Assembly: GCF_009914755.1 (NCBI RefSeq)
Contig: NC_060934.1
Source: the human T2T-CHM13v2.0 reference genome, Homo sapiens
DNA length: 64,000 bases
Strand: one strand, 5' to 3'
Position 1 is the first letter of the stretch, and every line of letters begins with the position of its first letter. The notes beneath the pieces were generated by a model, which made no database searches, was not told where the DNA came from, and saw only the letters and a program-made list of their open reading frames with translations. A program made the translations under genes and the position numbers. Positions 1-15,260 of the stretch are shown here, one piece after another.

Positions 1-454
1 CGACATAGCCCACATGCTTGCGTCTCAGTGTGGCCATATGCATGCAGCTAGCACACCTGTGCTTGTGGGCATGGGAATACACATGTGTCTGCCTTTCTTC
101 CCTTGACAGTTTTCTGCCCTCTACTTCCTTGGGTCAGAAAAAGCAGGAACTTTTTCTCTTGGCAGGAGGAATATTTATTAACAGGGATAAAGTGAGGATA
201 CTGCAATCCTTGTAGTTTCTCCTGGGGAAGCCTCATTCTTTCTGAGGCCTCTGCCCGCCTTCTTTGCTCTCTTCTCCCCTCCTTTTTCTATTTCACATCT
301 TTTTCCTTCCCCACTTCGGGAGGAAGCTCATCTAAGCTCAGCCTTTGCTGACAAGGCCATTTGGGCCCATTAGTTGCCTCTAATGAGTGACTGCCTTCTC
401 GGCCCCTTCCCCCACAGCAACTGGGAGGCAGGGATCAATTAGCTGCTGCCGTAA

Positions 455-486
<32 letters not shown>
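455..486. repeat. (CA)n microsatellite, interrupted
   Basis: Direct reading. Confidence 0.9.
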
Positions 487-711
487 CCTTACATGTGTAT
501 TTATGCTTCCACATGTATATGTACACGTCACATACTATATATGATCATAAATACACTCATAGCAAATACACATACATCTTCTCTTCTTGACCAGTAATAT
601 CTCCTAGGGGTCTCTACTCTGCTCCTTGCTCTGTTCACCAAGAAGAACACCCATGGCCAACCCCACACTCCCCAGCTCAAACCCAGATTCCCACGATTCG
701 AAATGAAGTTC

Positions 712-815
712 AACTCTCATGTTTTACAGGTGGCCAAATTGAAGCTCAGAGTAGGGAGGTGACTTGTCCAAAATCCCTCAGTCAGTTAGAAGCCAAGCTG
801 AGCTTATGCTCAGTC
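712..815 (-). mobile_element. MIR fragment
   Basis: ttttacaggtggccaaattgaagctcaga...gtgacttgtccaa resembles the reverse MIR core. Confidence 0.6.
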
Positions 816-2228
816 CTATGCCCTCTGATGCCCAGTGCAGTGCTACTGCATCCGAGAGAGAAGCGGGGTGTCCCATGCAGGCCCACCTTGATCACAACAG
901 AGCTGTGGCGCTTCAAAGGTAGCATGTCTAGGTTAGGGTGTGCAGGCATGATCCTTAAGGTGATAGGGACTGGGGAGGCTCTGCCATGAACCAAGGAGGG
1001 AGAGGGTGGGCTTTCAGGGAGGCCTGCCTTGTCCCCTGGGTTGGCCTGGCCTGGAAATTGTGGAGAGAGGAGTCCAATCTCAGTCTCCCTCTGGCTTCTG
1101 CAAGTCTCACCGTGGCTGTCTCTCCCTCCACCGAGTACTGACCTCAGGAATCCCTGATTCCTGGCAAGCTCCCTCTTGGCCAGATAGGAAGGGGGCACCT
1201 CACTGAGTACCCTGTTCCAAAGTGTCCTCTGGGGGAAGATAGGTTCCATCCTGGCCTTGGCCCTGGCCTGTTCTCCAGATTCCACACTAGGACGGGAGGT
1301 GTGAGGACTGGGTCCAGGCCTGAGGCACGCAAGACCCAGCAAAGTCCTGCATGACCAGCCTAGGCCACCTGGGTCAGAATGCCGTGGCACCACTGTGGCC
1401 AGCCACTTGGAGACATTCGTAACAAATACACATACATCCTCAGCAGCTGGGTTTATGGCTGAGTCTTAGCAATTTTGTCTCCTAAGGTCCCAGCCCTGCC
1501 AGGGACCCAGGCCCTGAATGGAAGAGCTGAGGACGGGTCTGAGCGGCCCTTGGGGAAACTTACCCAGGAGGGGTCACAGCAGGGGCAGGGGCTTCCAGAG
1601 CCCCCTTTCACCCCAGAAGCTGGAAATGATACTCTTCTTGCCCCCGCTCAGTCCCTCTCCCAGAGGCGGATGTTGTTGGGGGGCTGCAGTTCTCATCTAC
1701 AGGCCCCTCTTCTCCCTGGGAGCCCCAGACCCCGCCTCCTCTCCCTATCCTGAGTCCCTGGCTGGAGCTACTGTGGAGACTGAGGCCTGTTACCTGCCAC
1801 TCTCCATAGCCCTCAAGGCCGCAGTGAAGCCTGCCGGGGGCTTGAGGGGGCATCCTGGGAGCCCATCCCTTGGCTGATCTGGGTCTCAGTCAAGTCCCCA
1901 GGCCTGCTCCCTGGCCTCCCCCTCAGCAGGGCTTAGCTCAGCAAGTCCTCCCTTAGATTAAGTTTCCAAAGGGAATGTCCTTTTCCAGCGCGGCCCTCGC
2001 CCTACCCTGAAAGGCTCAGAGCAGCAGAGTCTTGGCTCTAGGGGTGTTGAGCCAGCAGGTGCCAACAGGGGATGGAGGAGGCAATGGGCCCTGGGGCAAG
2101 GGCAGTGGGGGACATGGGCTCCAGGTCGGGAAGACTTGGGCTGAAATCCTAACTTCCATTTAGTACCTGAGTGGCCTTGGAGAGCTATGCCACTTTTTTC
2201 CTAGAGAGCTTGTTAAAATACAGTACCG

Positions 2229-2853
<625 letters not shown>

Positions 2854-3391
2854 AGAGATTTCTTAATGTGTAAAATGAGGAGAACAAGGGGTTCTCCACA
2901 AAGACTTCCTCGCAAGAATGAGAAGCCATGTATAATCTCTATTACTGTTTACTTACGTGTGCACTGACAATTTTTGGAAGGGCATACCTCCAGAAATGGG
3001 AATAACAGGAGGAAGGAGGGAGCCTTTTACTTTTCACTTTATTCTCTTTTGTCCTGTTTTAATTTTACTATGAAGCATGCTTTATTTTTATTTAAAGAAA
3101 GGAAGGGAAAGAAAAGAAAAGATGAACCGCTCCCAGCCAAATAGCTGAGCCCCAGTTGAGTCAGTAAACGTAGTCTTAATTGTTATCTGTTAAATAGTTA
3201 ACAACCCATCCTTCACTGGGCATTGTTTCTGGGTGTGAAAGTGATTTGTAAATAAATTGCTGTATAAATGTTAGTTATGATAAACAACTAGGTAATGATG
3301 TATTTCTATGCACAATTATGTATGTGAGGTGGCCTGTCCTAAATATGAGTGGCTGTGTATATCCTTCAGGGGAATTATGCAAATATTGTAA

Positions 3392-3895
3392 AGCGGTGGT
3401 GAAGAGCACGCTGTCAGTAGCCATGCTGCCTGGGTTTGAATCCTGAATTCAGTATCTACTGGAGATATGATCTTGGGCAAGTTACTTAGCCTCTTTGTGT
3501 CTCAGTCATTCTGTCTTTAATATGGGGACAATTAGGCCAGGTGTCTCACACCTGTAATCCTAGCACTTTGGGAGGCTGAGGCAGGAGGACAGCTTGAGCC
3601 CAGGAGTTTGAGACCAGCCTGGACAAGATAGTGAGACCCCATCTCCACAGAACAAAAATAAATAAATAAATAAAAACAATGGGGATAATTAGCCAGGCAT
3701 GGTGGGGCACCACTGCACTCCAGTCTGGGTGACAGAGCAAGCTGCCCGCCTCTCTAAAATAAAAAAATAAAAAATAAAAAAATAAAATGGGGATAATACC
3801 TACTCCATAGGATTGCTGTGAAGGTTAAAGTGAACTAAGTCATGTAAAACTCTTAGAACATCCCCCAGCACATGGTAGGTGTTCAACAAATGTTT
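3392..3895 (+). mobile_element. MIR interrupted by Alu monomers (3535-3786)
   Basis: MIR core ttgggcaagttacttagcctctttgtgtctcag stops at the Alu and resumes as aaaatggggataatacctact...gttcaacaaatgtt. Confidence 0.85.
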
Positions 3896-3958
3896 TTTAT
3901 TTTGTGTATCTACGTGAGCATGTTAATGTTTCTCATCCCTTTAACAGGAGGAGCAGGT

Positions 3959-4032
3959 GGCCAGACACGGTGGCTCACGCCTGTAACCCCAGTACTTTGG
4001 GAATCCAAGTGGGGAGGATCACTTGAAGCCAG

Positions 4033-4084
<52 letters not shown>
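3959..4084 (+). mobile_element. Truncated Alu left arm fused to (AAT)n microsatellite (about 4038-4084)
   Basis: About 80 bp of Alu 5' end followed directly by AAT repeats. Confidence 0.85.
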
Positions 4085-4086
<2 letters not shown>

Positions 4087-5475
4087 GGAGGAACATTGTC
4101 TGACCCTTCCCCCATTAGAGGGGCTTTGTGGCTCTGTCCATCCTTTCAGTCTGTTTGTAGACACTTAACTTTGGTAACTGCGAGCATCTGGAGTGCTTGA
4201 GGAAGCTGGGCTTGCTCAGAGCTCCCATCCTAACAGGGAGCCCTGGGAGTGGAGGAGAGACACACATCTAGCTTGCATCCCACCATCGATGCTTCCAGGA
4301 CACTTCTGGGGGTGGCAATATACCCATTGTGCCCCTGGGTCACTCAGATAAAATATCAGCTGAGCCAGGAGGGAACCACTGAGGGTGGGGGTGGAGAAAA
4401 GTAGGTCACTCTCAGAGGCCATCCAAGAGCCAGGGGCAGGGAGGGGCAAGGCGGGGGCGGGAGCAGTTTATAAGGGAGGCTCTGCAAGCTCAGGTCAGAG
4501 AGAGGTGTCATTCCAGCAGCAGTGGCAAGCTTAATTCCCCATCCTCTTCTGCAGGGTCAGCCTGCCCTCCCACCCACCCCACTCCCAGCTCTTGCTGCTT
4601 CTGATGCTGCTGGGAGGGCTGTTCCAGTGCATCCCACCTCTGGAGGCACCTCTGGGAGATGCTGGGCTGCCAGGCAGGTTGAGCAGGTTTGAGAGAAGGT
4701 GGGAGGGACCCTGACTTGGAGGAGGGACCTGGGCCTGGAATGGAGCCGGGTTCCTCAGGCGCCCAGACAGGTGGCAGCCTGAGGAGGGGTGCAAATGTGC
4801 TCAGAGCCAGAGCCCAGCCTGGAGGGAGATGGGGGAGCTAAGACAGGCTGACCTCCACCCCTGGGCTGCACAGCCCCGTTCCCAGTGTAGGCCCTATGTC
4901 CCAGAGACCTGCAGAAGTCAGAGATTCTGAATGCAAAACTGGGACATAGGGTCAGGCAAGGGCTTGTGAGACACATGGGATAACGTAATTTAAAATGGGA
5001 CCTAACCGCTATACCCCCTCCATGGGGCATGAGCACACGCACTGGGAAATCATCACCTGTCGGCTTGTGTGTATTCATCACACAAGCACACACTGTCAAA
5101 CACATCACCCGCAGGCACGAGTACACAATCATGAACACATAGATACTTGCAGGCACAGACACCACACGGGGATGGTGCTGGAGCCCAGAGTGCTCTCTCT
5201 CGCTTTCCAGGTTCAGAAATCAGATCCTGGGAGTTTAAATAGTGTGACTAAGGGCCACCTTTGGAGGGTCCCCAAAGAGAGGCCCTCTTCAGGCTTTTCT
5301 CTCCTAAGAAGCCACTCCTTTTTTTTTTTTTTTTAAATTTTAGAGCAAACATCAGCCAGAAGCCACTCTTGCCTAATACCCCGCAGCCACGACCTCCGTC
5401 CATAAGTCTTTTGTCCCTCTGTGGAGTGGCTGGCCTTCCAATACTGCCACATTTGTGTGCACACCTGAGGTCTGA

Positions 5476-5896
<421 letters not shown>

Positions 5897-7155
5897 TCAA
5901 TGAGTTCCAGTGAGGAGGCCAAGAAAGCTGAGGTGGAGGTGGGCAGGAGGGCTGCGGCAGTGAGGAGAGCCTTGATTTGGACAGGCGTCTCACATTGAGG
6001 CTGGCCACCCAGATCCACGTGCCTCCTGCACAGAAGCACCTCACCTGGAGGGGTGAGGAGCAGAGAGGAGGAAGAGCACGGGGCAAGTTGGCGAGATGAG
6101 CCATATGGGCACATGTAGGGGAAAGTGCAGGCAACAGTATTCCTATGCTATTTTGGGGGTAAATGGATATATGTAATACTTGTCCCCAGATACTCATGCT
6201 TATACACACACAGGTTCTCACACACATGAAAACATTCTTAAAGCAGACACACCATACGGACCTGGGATTTCACCCACAGATGCCCACTCTCACCCTGCAC
6301 CCTCAGCCCCCACGTCGCCCTGCTTCTCACACACACGTGCTCACTCTCACATGCTGGCCAGCTCCCAGCTTCTCTGGCTCAGGCTCTGAACAGAATGTGA
6401 ATGTGATAAAATCGACAGCTGAAAACTGTCCTGAGAGCAAAGCTGTACTTTGTTGAGAAACCTGAGCCCTTATTGGAGGAATACAAGTGTCTGTGTCTGG
6501 GGGCTCGGGGAGAGGGGAGGTCGTGGGGTGGTCCCCCAGGGCGCCTGTGGCCACTGGGCTGTTTCCATCATAAAAAAAAATGATGAAAGGAGCCGGGCAG
6601 TGAGAGCATGGCTGTGAGTAAATAAAGCTGCCACCTTTGACCCTGGGAGGCCAGAGCTCATCCCAGAACGAATGCTCATTAGGGAGGGGGTGCTCAGGCC
6701 CAGCCCAAGTTCTCCAGCACCGGAGGCCCAAGGCCAGATTCCCAAGGGGGAGGGGATATGAGAACCCCTGTGTGAGGCTAGGGGACATGTAGAGGGAGTA
6801 GGGGGTGGAGAAAGGAACAGGGGATGTGGGAGGGGGTTGGGGACATTAGGGAGAGGATGATGGTCATGGGGGAGGGATGAGGACAGGTAGGAGAGCTCTG
6901 ACTTCTGGCTCCCCCTCCCTGGACTCCTCTCTCTGCAGCCTCTCCAGGTCTCTTCCGCTCTTGGGCTCTGAAACAAGCATACATCTCCCTTCTCCTGCTG
7001 TAGGCTCGGTTTGCTTATTTTTCTGATCATCAGGAACTATAGGCAAACAGGGGTTAGCAAAAATAACAAACACAGGGCAAACTACAAAGTCACCAGGAAT
7101 CCCAGAAAGGTTGAGAAGTGGTTGATTCTGGCTTTGATTCAGAAATAAAAGAATT

Positions 7156-7260
7156 GGCCAGGCATGGTGGCTCATGCCTATAATCCTAGCACTTTGAGAG
7201 GCCGAGGCAGTTGGCCTGCTTGAGGTCAGGAGTTCGAGACCAGCCTGGGCAATGTGGCAA
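7156..7260 (+). mobile_element. Alu left arm
   Basis: ggccaggcatggtggctcatgcc...cagcctgggcaatgtgg; aaagaattg is repeated on both sides of the Alu plus purine tract. Confidence 0.9.
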
Positions 7261-7263
7261 ATT

Positions 7264-7506
7264 GAAGAAAGAAAAAGGAAGGAAGGAAGGAAGGAAGAAA
7301 GGGAGGGAGGGAGGGGAGGGAGGGAGGGAAAGAAGGAAAGAAGGAAGGGGAGGGAGGGAAGGAAGGAAAGAAAGAGAGGGAGGGAAGGAAGGAAGGAAGG
7401 AGAGGGAGGGAAGGAAGGAGAGAGAAAGAGAAAAAGAAAGAAAGAAGAAAGAAAGAAAAGAAGGAAGGAAGAAAGGAAAGAAAAGAAAAGAAAAGAAAAG
7501 AAAGAA
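7264..7506 (+). repeat. Pure purine compound microsatellite (GGAA/GGGA/GAAA)
   Basis: 243 bp with no pyrimidine on the + strand. Confidence 0.95.
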
Positions 7507-8729
7507 TTGCCAAACCCACATCCTATGGGTCTGTCCCAAACTCCTTTCCTACAGATCTGTTCAGCTCAGCACCAGACAGTCCTGGCCTGGAGCAAAACTC
7601 AATAAAGTTGGCTGCATAGATAAATAAGTGGATACATAGATAAATGCATGGGTGGATGAATGAAAGAAGGGTCTTGGTCATCAACCCCGACTCTGTCTGA
7701 GTTCAAACTTCAAGCACTTATGTGGGGCTGGCCTCTCGGTGGGGCCAGGCAGGATCCTCTTCCCCTTCTCTGCAGCTGACCTCTGGGCCCCCCTCCCCCC
7801 AGGGCTGACATTTCACTTTATTCTGTAGTCACCTTGGCTCTTACAGGCTCACCTGGTCCAGTCTCAAGAGAAGAAAGCACTTTGCGATGTGGCTCTGAAA
7901 GACCCCTGCCCTGCATGTCTCTTCATCCTCTGTGGACCCAGCAGCCACTCCCTTTGTTCCTCCCAGAGGCGACTATGTGGCCACTAAGTAGGTCCTGGAA
8001 AGTCCTATTTCGGCTAATTTTAATGAGTGATATAATAATAAAATGTAGCAATAAACTGAGTTTTCACCAAAAAGACAAGACTCCCAGGTTTTTATATCAG
8101 GACATAGGGGCAACAGTGACAAGAAACAGATCAGTATACTTCCCACCCCTGCCACCCCATCTGTCCCTGACTTAGAAGGAGGAATAGAAAGAGGAAGTTC
8201 AAGAAAAGCATCCCTATTTTTCTGTAAGGGTGAGGTTGCTGGAGGAAGTCCAGCACAAGGACACTCCAGGCAGAACAGAGTTATTGGGAGGCCAGTCCTC
8301 GGCTGGGGGGGCTGTCTCTGTCCCGTAAGACATGCCTGCAGCCACATGCCCAGAACTTGGCCTTTCTTTATGCCCCAGACACAATGCTTATTTTCCCTGA
8401 ATCCCTGAGAGTGACCTGGCTGGGTCTTTGTCCCTGGGGGAAATAGGGAAGCTGAACCCCCAAGTGGGGAGGAGGAATCCAAGGTAGCTGACCCCTGTGT
8501 GTTCCCACTGGATGCTTGGTCTGCACCAACGGCCCCCTCCTGGCCAAATTTCTCTTGCTGCATCAGATGAAGGAGAAAACCAGGTGGGTTCAGCTTCAAA
8601 AACCAGCCAAAGACCTAGGAGACAGAGGCATCACAGAAGTCAATCACCATTTTCTGCCTCCCCTGTTAGAGTTCCCTCAACTCAACTCCAGCCTGAATCA
8701 TCGCCAACTTTTCCTAAGTTACTCTGGGA

Positions 8730-9502
<773 letters not shown>

Positions 9503-9890
9503 TTGCCTGGTTTTTAAGTGGAGGATTGGAATTGGCACCCCAGCAATCTGGCTTCTAGGTGGCTGGCAGGTATCTGAGTCTGGTTTGGGGACAGGAAAGC
9601 ACAGGCTCAGGATCAGATTGGAAGATGAGTGAGTATCCCCAGCTAGCTGCCCTGGAGCTCTGCTGCCAGGACCCCCATTGGACCCACAGCAGGTAGAGGC
9701 GCAGCCCTTTCACAAGCAGCACCAAGGTCTCCTCTGTGCTGACAGAAAGGTGCAAACACATCCCTCTCCCTTCCCCGTTTTACTGAACTCTTACCTTCTC
9801 AGCAACAAAAAACTTCATCAACATTAAACACCACCATGATGTATGTTTATATCACTCATAATGCTTCATCTCTTGATCTTATTAAGGTTA

Positions 9891-10175
<285 letters not shown>

Positions 10176-10254
10176 CTAAAACCTGTGCTTTTTCTGAGTA
10201 TAGCCCATAAAAATATATCATCTTCTTCAATTTTTTAAAAATTTAACTTTGCAT

Positions 10255-10552
10255 TGTTTGTTGTTGTTTTGAGATAAGTTCTGGCTCTATCGCCCAGGCT
10301 GGAGGGCAGCGATGCCACCTCGGCTCATTGCAACCTCCACCTCCCAGGCTCAAGCCATCCTCCCACCTCGGCCTCCTGAGTAACTGAGACTACAGGCATG
10401 GCACCACCACACACAGCTAATTTTTGTATTTTTTGTAGAGACGGGGTTTCACCATGTTGCCCAGGCTGGTCTCAAACTCGTGAGCTCAAGCAATCTGCCC
10501 AGCTCAGCCTCCCAAAGTGCTGGGATTACAGGTGTGAGCCACTGCACCCAGC
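10255..10552 (-). mobile_element. Alu (J-type)
   Basis: Reverse Alu consensus. Confidence 0.9.
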
Positions 10553-10564
10553 ATGCATTGTTGG

Positions 10565-10870
10565 TTTTTAATTTTTTTTTTAAATTAAGACAGGGTCTCG
10601 TTCTGTCACCCAGGCTGGAGTGCAACGGCACAATCACAACTCCTGGGCTCAAGCAATCCTCCCACCTTAGCCTCCTGAGTAGCTGGGACTACAGGCATGC
10701 GACACCATGCCTGTTTGCCTATTGTTTTGTTTTTGTTTTTGTTTTTTGTTTTTTGTTTTTCTGTACAGAGACAGGGTTTCGCCATGTTGCCCAGGCTGGT
10801 CTTGAACTCCTGGGCTCAAGTGATCTGCCCACCTTGGCCTCTCAAAGTGCTGGGATTACAGGTGTGAGAA
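10565..10870 (-). mobile_element. Alu (J-type)
   Basis: Reverse Alu consensus. Confidence 0.9.
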
Positions 10871-10899
10871 TTCCCCAATTCCCTGCCTAGCCTATTTTT

Positions 10900-11640
10900 A
10901 TTTTTATATGATATAAAATAACTTAAATTTATTTTTAAATGGTAAGGCTTTTCTCAACACAATTTATTGGTAATGTTCTTTTCCCCATTTTCTAACACCT
11001 ATATTAAATTCTTAGGTGTGATTATGTTTATTTCTAGGCTCTATTCTGTCCCATTGATTTAAGTGCCAATTTTGATGCCTACGCTACATTGTTTCCATTT
11101 AATTATCCTATAACAAAATGTTTTAACATCTGGTCAAACTTGCTCTTCTTTAGAAAATTATTTGACAGGTTCACCTATTTACTCTTTCATGTGAAATGTA
11201 GAATCTTTTTATTTTTCTGAGTTTCAAGAAAATGAGTTTTTGTTTAGTAGGGCATCAAGTCTATGAATTGCCTTGGGGAATACTGATATTTTATAATGCA
11301 TGGCGTCTTCACCTAGAATGTGGCACATCACACCATTTTCCTGTGTTGTGTTTAGCAGTTTGATGGGCTGTGTGCTATTCCTTTGTGCTGATGTCCCCTA
11401 GCTGACTTAACCACTTCCCCAGTGTTGGGTATTTGGATTGTTTCCAAGGTGGAACTATTATGAATAGCGCTGCTATAAACATCTTTGTACAAATTGCTTT
11501 TTCATTTCCTTGGGATATGGTCCCAAAAGAGGGATTAACTGATCAAAGAATATGAACAGTACTGTATTTTTTGTTACATAACCCAGGGAGGATGGAACCA
11601 ATTAGCAGCAACATATGAAGAAATAGCTACTTTTCCCTTA
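10900..11640 (-). mobile_element. Ancient L1 (L1M-type) fragments
   Basis: AT-rich, with ctctattctgtcccattgattt and tatttggattgtttcca...gctgctataaacatc typical of antisense L1M. Confidence 0.65.
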
Positions 11641-11731
11641 CAAACCCTCAAGCAGCATGAAGACTTAAAAGGGTAACTTGTTCCTAAGAGAAAAAAAACA
11701 CAGCTACCTGAGGACAAAAGTGGGAGTTTGA

Positions 11732-12225
<494 letters not shown>

Positions 12226-12637
12226 TGACTCATAGCCCAGGTACCTTCTGGGGAGTGGTTTTTACCAATACTGTCGTACAATTGCACAAGGCCCAGATAG
12301 GTTGAACACATTATAATATGTACACAGAATTCCCATCAAGGATAAGAGAAGCCACTTTTCTCAACCCTGGCAAACTCCGGGATATTCCATGGCAGCATCA
12401 CCTTTGGAAACAATGCTTGGCGTATGGGTTGGTTGTGTATTTATGTGTGCGTGTTCTTTTGTGTGGACATGCACACCTGTGTGGTTGTATGCATCTCTGA
12501 GTGCATGCTTTTCAGTGGGGGATAGTACAGATGCATGTCTGCATAGCTGGACCCATGACTTCAATGATGGTCAATGTGTTATGCTTACGAGTTTGCATAC
12601 ACATTTTTGAGAGTGAGGAGTCTGTATGTACCTCTGA

Positions 12638-12659
12638 GTGTGTGTGTGTGTGTGTGTGT
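12638..12659. repeat. (TG)n microsatellite in a TG-rich tract
   Basis: Direct reading. Confidence 0.9.
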
Positions 12660-13884
12660 TTGTCTATACATCATGTACAAGTCATGTGAAAGGCCTGGTT
12701 AGGAAGGTTTCCCATACCCAGAGCACTTAGAAAAGACTCGGGAGGGACACTGGCTAGGGGAGGTGGGGTAAAGAGAAGGTCTAATCCTTCATAAATAAGC
12801 AGAGGGATGTTGTGGTCAGTCAGAAATGTCTCCAGGCAGATTCAGGCAGGTTTTCAGTATTTAGCAAAGTCACTTGTAGCCCAGGGCAAGAATGGTGGGT
12901 GGGAGTTGGGGGTAAGTGTGTGCTGGCCAGATTAGGTCTAGCCCCAGTTTTAAGGGGCAAGGGATAGAAGAATATAGTAAAGCATTCGCTGTCCCCCCAT
13001 CCAACAGGCTCTGGGCCCCATCCTGTCCCCTATGGCCTTCCAAAGGCCGGACAATTCTACCTTGATGGAGAGGTGGTGGCTGCTGGAAAGGGCCTCCAGG
13101 AGGCCTACAAAGAGGCCTTGCTCGTGCCCCTCACTCTTCTGCTTGCTCCAAAATCAGAGAGGCCTCCTTCTTCCAGAAGCTGCTTAAAGGTTTCGCTGAC
13201 TTCAGAAGCAAGGAGGAGGAGGGAAGAAGCAGAGGAAGCCTCTGAGGTGGGGAAACTTTTGCTGAGATTGCAGGCTCCCCAGCCCCTCCCTGGTTCCTCA
13301 TTACTGAGTCCTTGGGCATGAAATGTCTTTTTATTTGAAGGCCAAGAAGAACCAGGGGTTGTGTTAATGACCAGCAAGCAGCAGGGCAAGAAGTAGGCAG
13401 GGGGCTGGCTCTCTTGACCTTGAAATCCTGTCTGCACTTTTCTGCTGTGCAGATCCCCTATTTTCCCAGATCTCTGTCACCTTAGCCCCGCCCTCTTAAT
13501 GGGACCCTAAAGAAGACTCAAGAAGAGGGGTTAGGGAGGCAAGAAAGGCACACAGTGTCTGAGGAACTCATCAACTGAGTCTGGAAAATTGAGCAGGGCT
13601 GAACCAGAAGGGATGATATACATCTTACATAAATTTCAGTGCAGTCACAAGAAAGAAAGAAAAACAGAGATAGCCCAATAAATTAGGAAACCTTTACACT
13701 GTTTCGGCTTGATGAATTAGAAGACAGAATCCACTATACCTCTCATAAGCAAGAAAAGCAAGAGTTAGAGCAGTTAATGGATCTGTTTACAAACATACTA
13801 TAAAAGCAGTGTGACTACAACTCTGTGTCCTGTGACTAGACCCATGTCTCTGTGACTCTGAATCTACGATCCAAAAAAGGATTG

Positions 13885-14184
13885 TTTTGTTGTGTTGTGT
13901 TTTTTGAGACAGAGTCTCTATCTGTCACCCAGGTTGGAGTGCAGTGGCACAATCATGGCTCACTGCAGCCTAGAGCTCCTGGGCTCAAGGGTCCTCCCAC
14001 CTCAGCCTCTGGAGTAGCTGGGACTATAGGCATGCGCCATCATGCCTAGCTACTTTTCTATTTTTATAAAGATGGGGTATTGCTATGCTGCCCAGGCTAC
14101 CCTTAAATTCCTAAGTTCAAGCGATCCTCCTATCTTGGCCTCCCAAAGTGCTGAGATTACAGATGTGTACCACTGTGCCTGGCC
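13885..14184 (-). mobile_element. Alu (J-type, diverged)
   Basis: Reverse Alu consensus. Confidence 0.9.
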
Positions 14185-14689
14185 AAACACAGTAGTTTTT
14201 AAAAATTGTGTGCTCTTGGCCACTTGAGGAGGGACTCATGAACTGTGCTCTGAGAATGTGCAGGGAGGCGGAACTTTGATTTCGTTTTTGAAGTAGGAGT
14301 AGAAATTTTCTTTCCTTTTGGCGGGGCTGCGCATAGGGAAAGGGGTTGTCAGGGCTTTGCACCCAAGGGATGACTGGGGAAGGTGTGAGCGTTTCTATCA
14401 GTTGGTACAGCAGGGCAAAGGGCAGCCAGCGACTGGGGCAAGGTACTACCGATGAAACGAAAGTAAGTGCAGCGCCTTGAATGGAGGGGGAAGGGATTTG
14501 GATCCCCACCGCCAAGGCAATGCGAAGCCTTGAGCAATTTCTGAGTGGGGGAAGAACACGGCCTGTACGCCCTTTAGGGGAGAAAACTTGGGCCCCTCCC
14601 AGCAGTGTGGATTCGGAAGAGAGGGGCTTAGCACCAGCTGGGACTAAACTGCTGCAGAAATAGACGATAAATGGAGGTAAGGGTGCCGA

Positions 14690-15260
14690 TGAGGCTCCCG
14701 GCGTCGGTGAGGCTGCCTCCGGAGAAGGGGCGCAGGGGGAACTCCTGGCCAAGAGGCCTGGAAAGGCTGGGAACCCAGCACCCCTGAGAAAGGGCGCAGG
14801 CCGCGGCCCCCAGCGTGAGGCGGCCACGCTTCGCTTCGGCAGTTCTTACAGAGCGCGCGTCCCGGAAGCCGCGGGCTCTGCGTTCTGAGCCTCGCACCTC
14901 ATTGAGAGGTTATTAATAGGGAGTTTGTCTGGTGTCAGAGCGCAGACATAAACTGCATTAGCATTACCCCATAATCTTATTTTGTAAACGCTCATGCCGT
15001 TCCGTCTCCTGTAATTGCATTGGGAAGATGCAATATTTATGAAAGGGGAGAGGGGAATGTCACTGTTCATCTCGGTGCTGCAGTAAAAGTCCCAGGAAAG
15101 ACGGTGCTGGCCGCCCAGGCCTGGCGGTGGGCCTGCGAGAATACCCAGCGTTGGTGCCGCGCGCCCTCTGGGTGTCCCGCTGGCTGCCCCCAGCCCAGAG
15201 CTCCCTCCTCAACCTACCTCACTGAGCCTTGGGCAGCAGTGGAGGATGTGCCGGCAGGGG
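14690..15260. promoter_or_regulatory. CpG-rich island with AT-rich motif core
   Basis: Locally high CpG density in non-repeat sequence (visual estimate). Confidence 0.6.

Noticed and set aside
7565-7582. TCAGCACC-AGACAG resembling an RE1/REST site
   Set aside because: Half-site spacing is wrong and the right half mismatches GGACAG.
7186-7627. Lys/Glu/Arg-rich and Phe/Leu/Ser-rich ORFs (also at about 37213-37589 and 56821-57227)
   Set aside because: Translations of purine microsatellites.
14443-14468. CCGATGA...GAAA resembling a hammerhead ribozyme core
   Set aside because: The invariant CUGA is broken, and there is no stem II or flanking helices.
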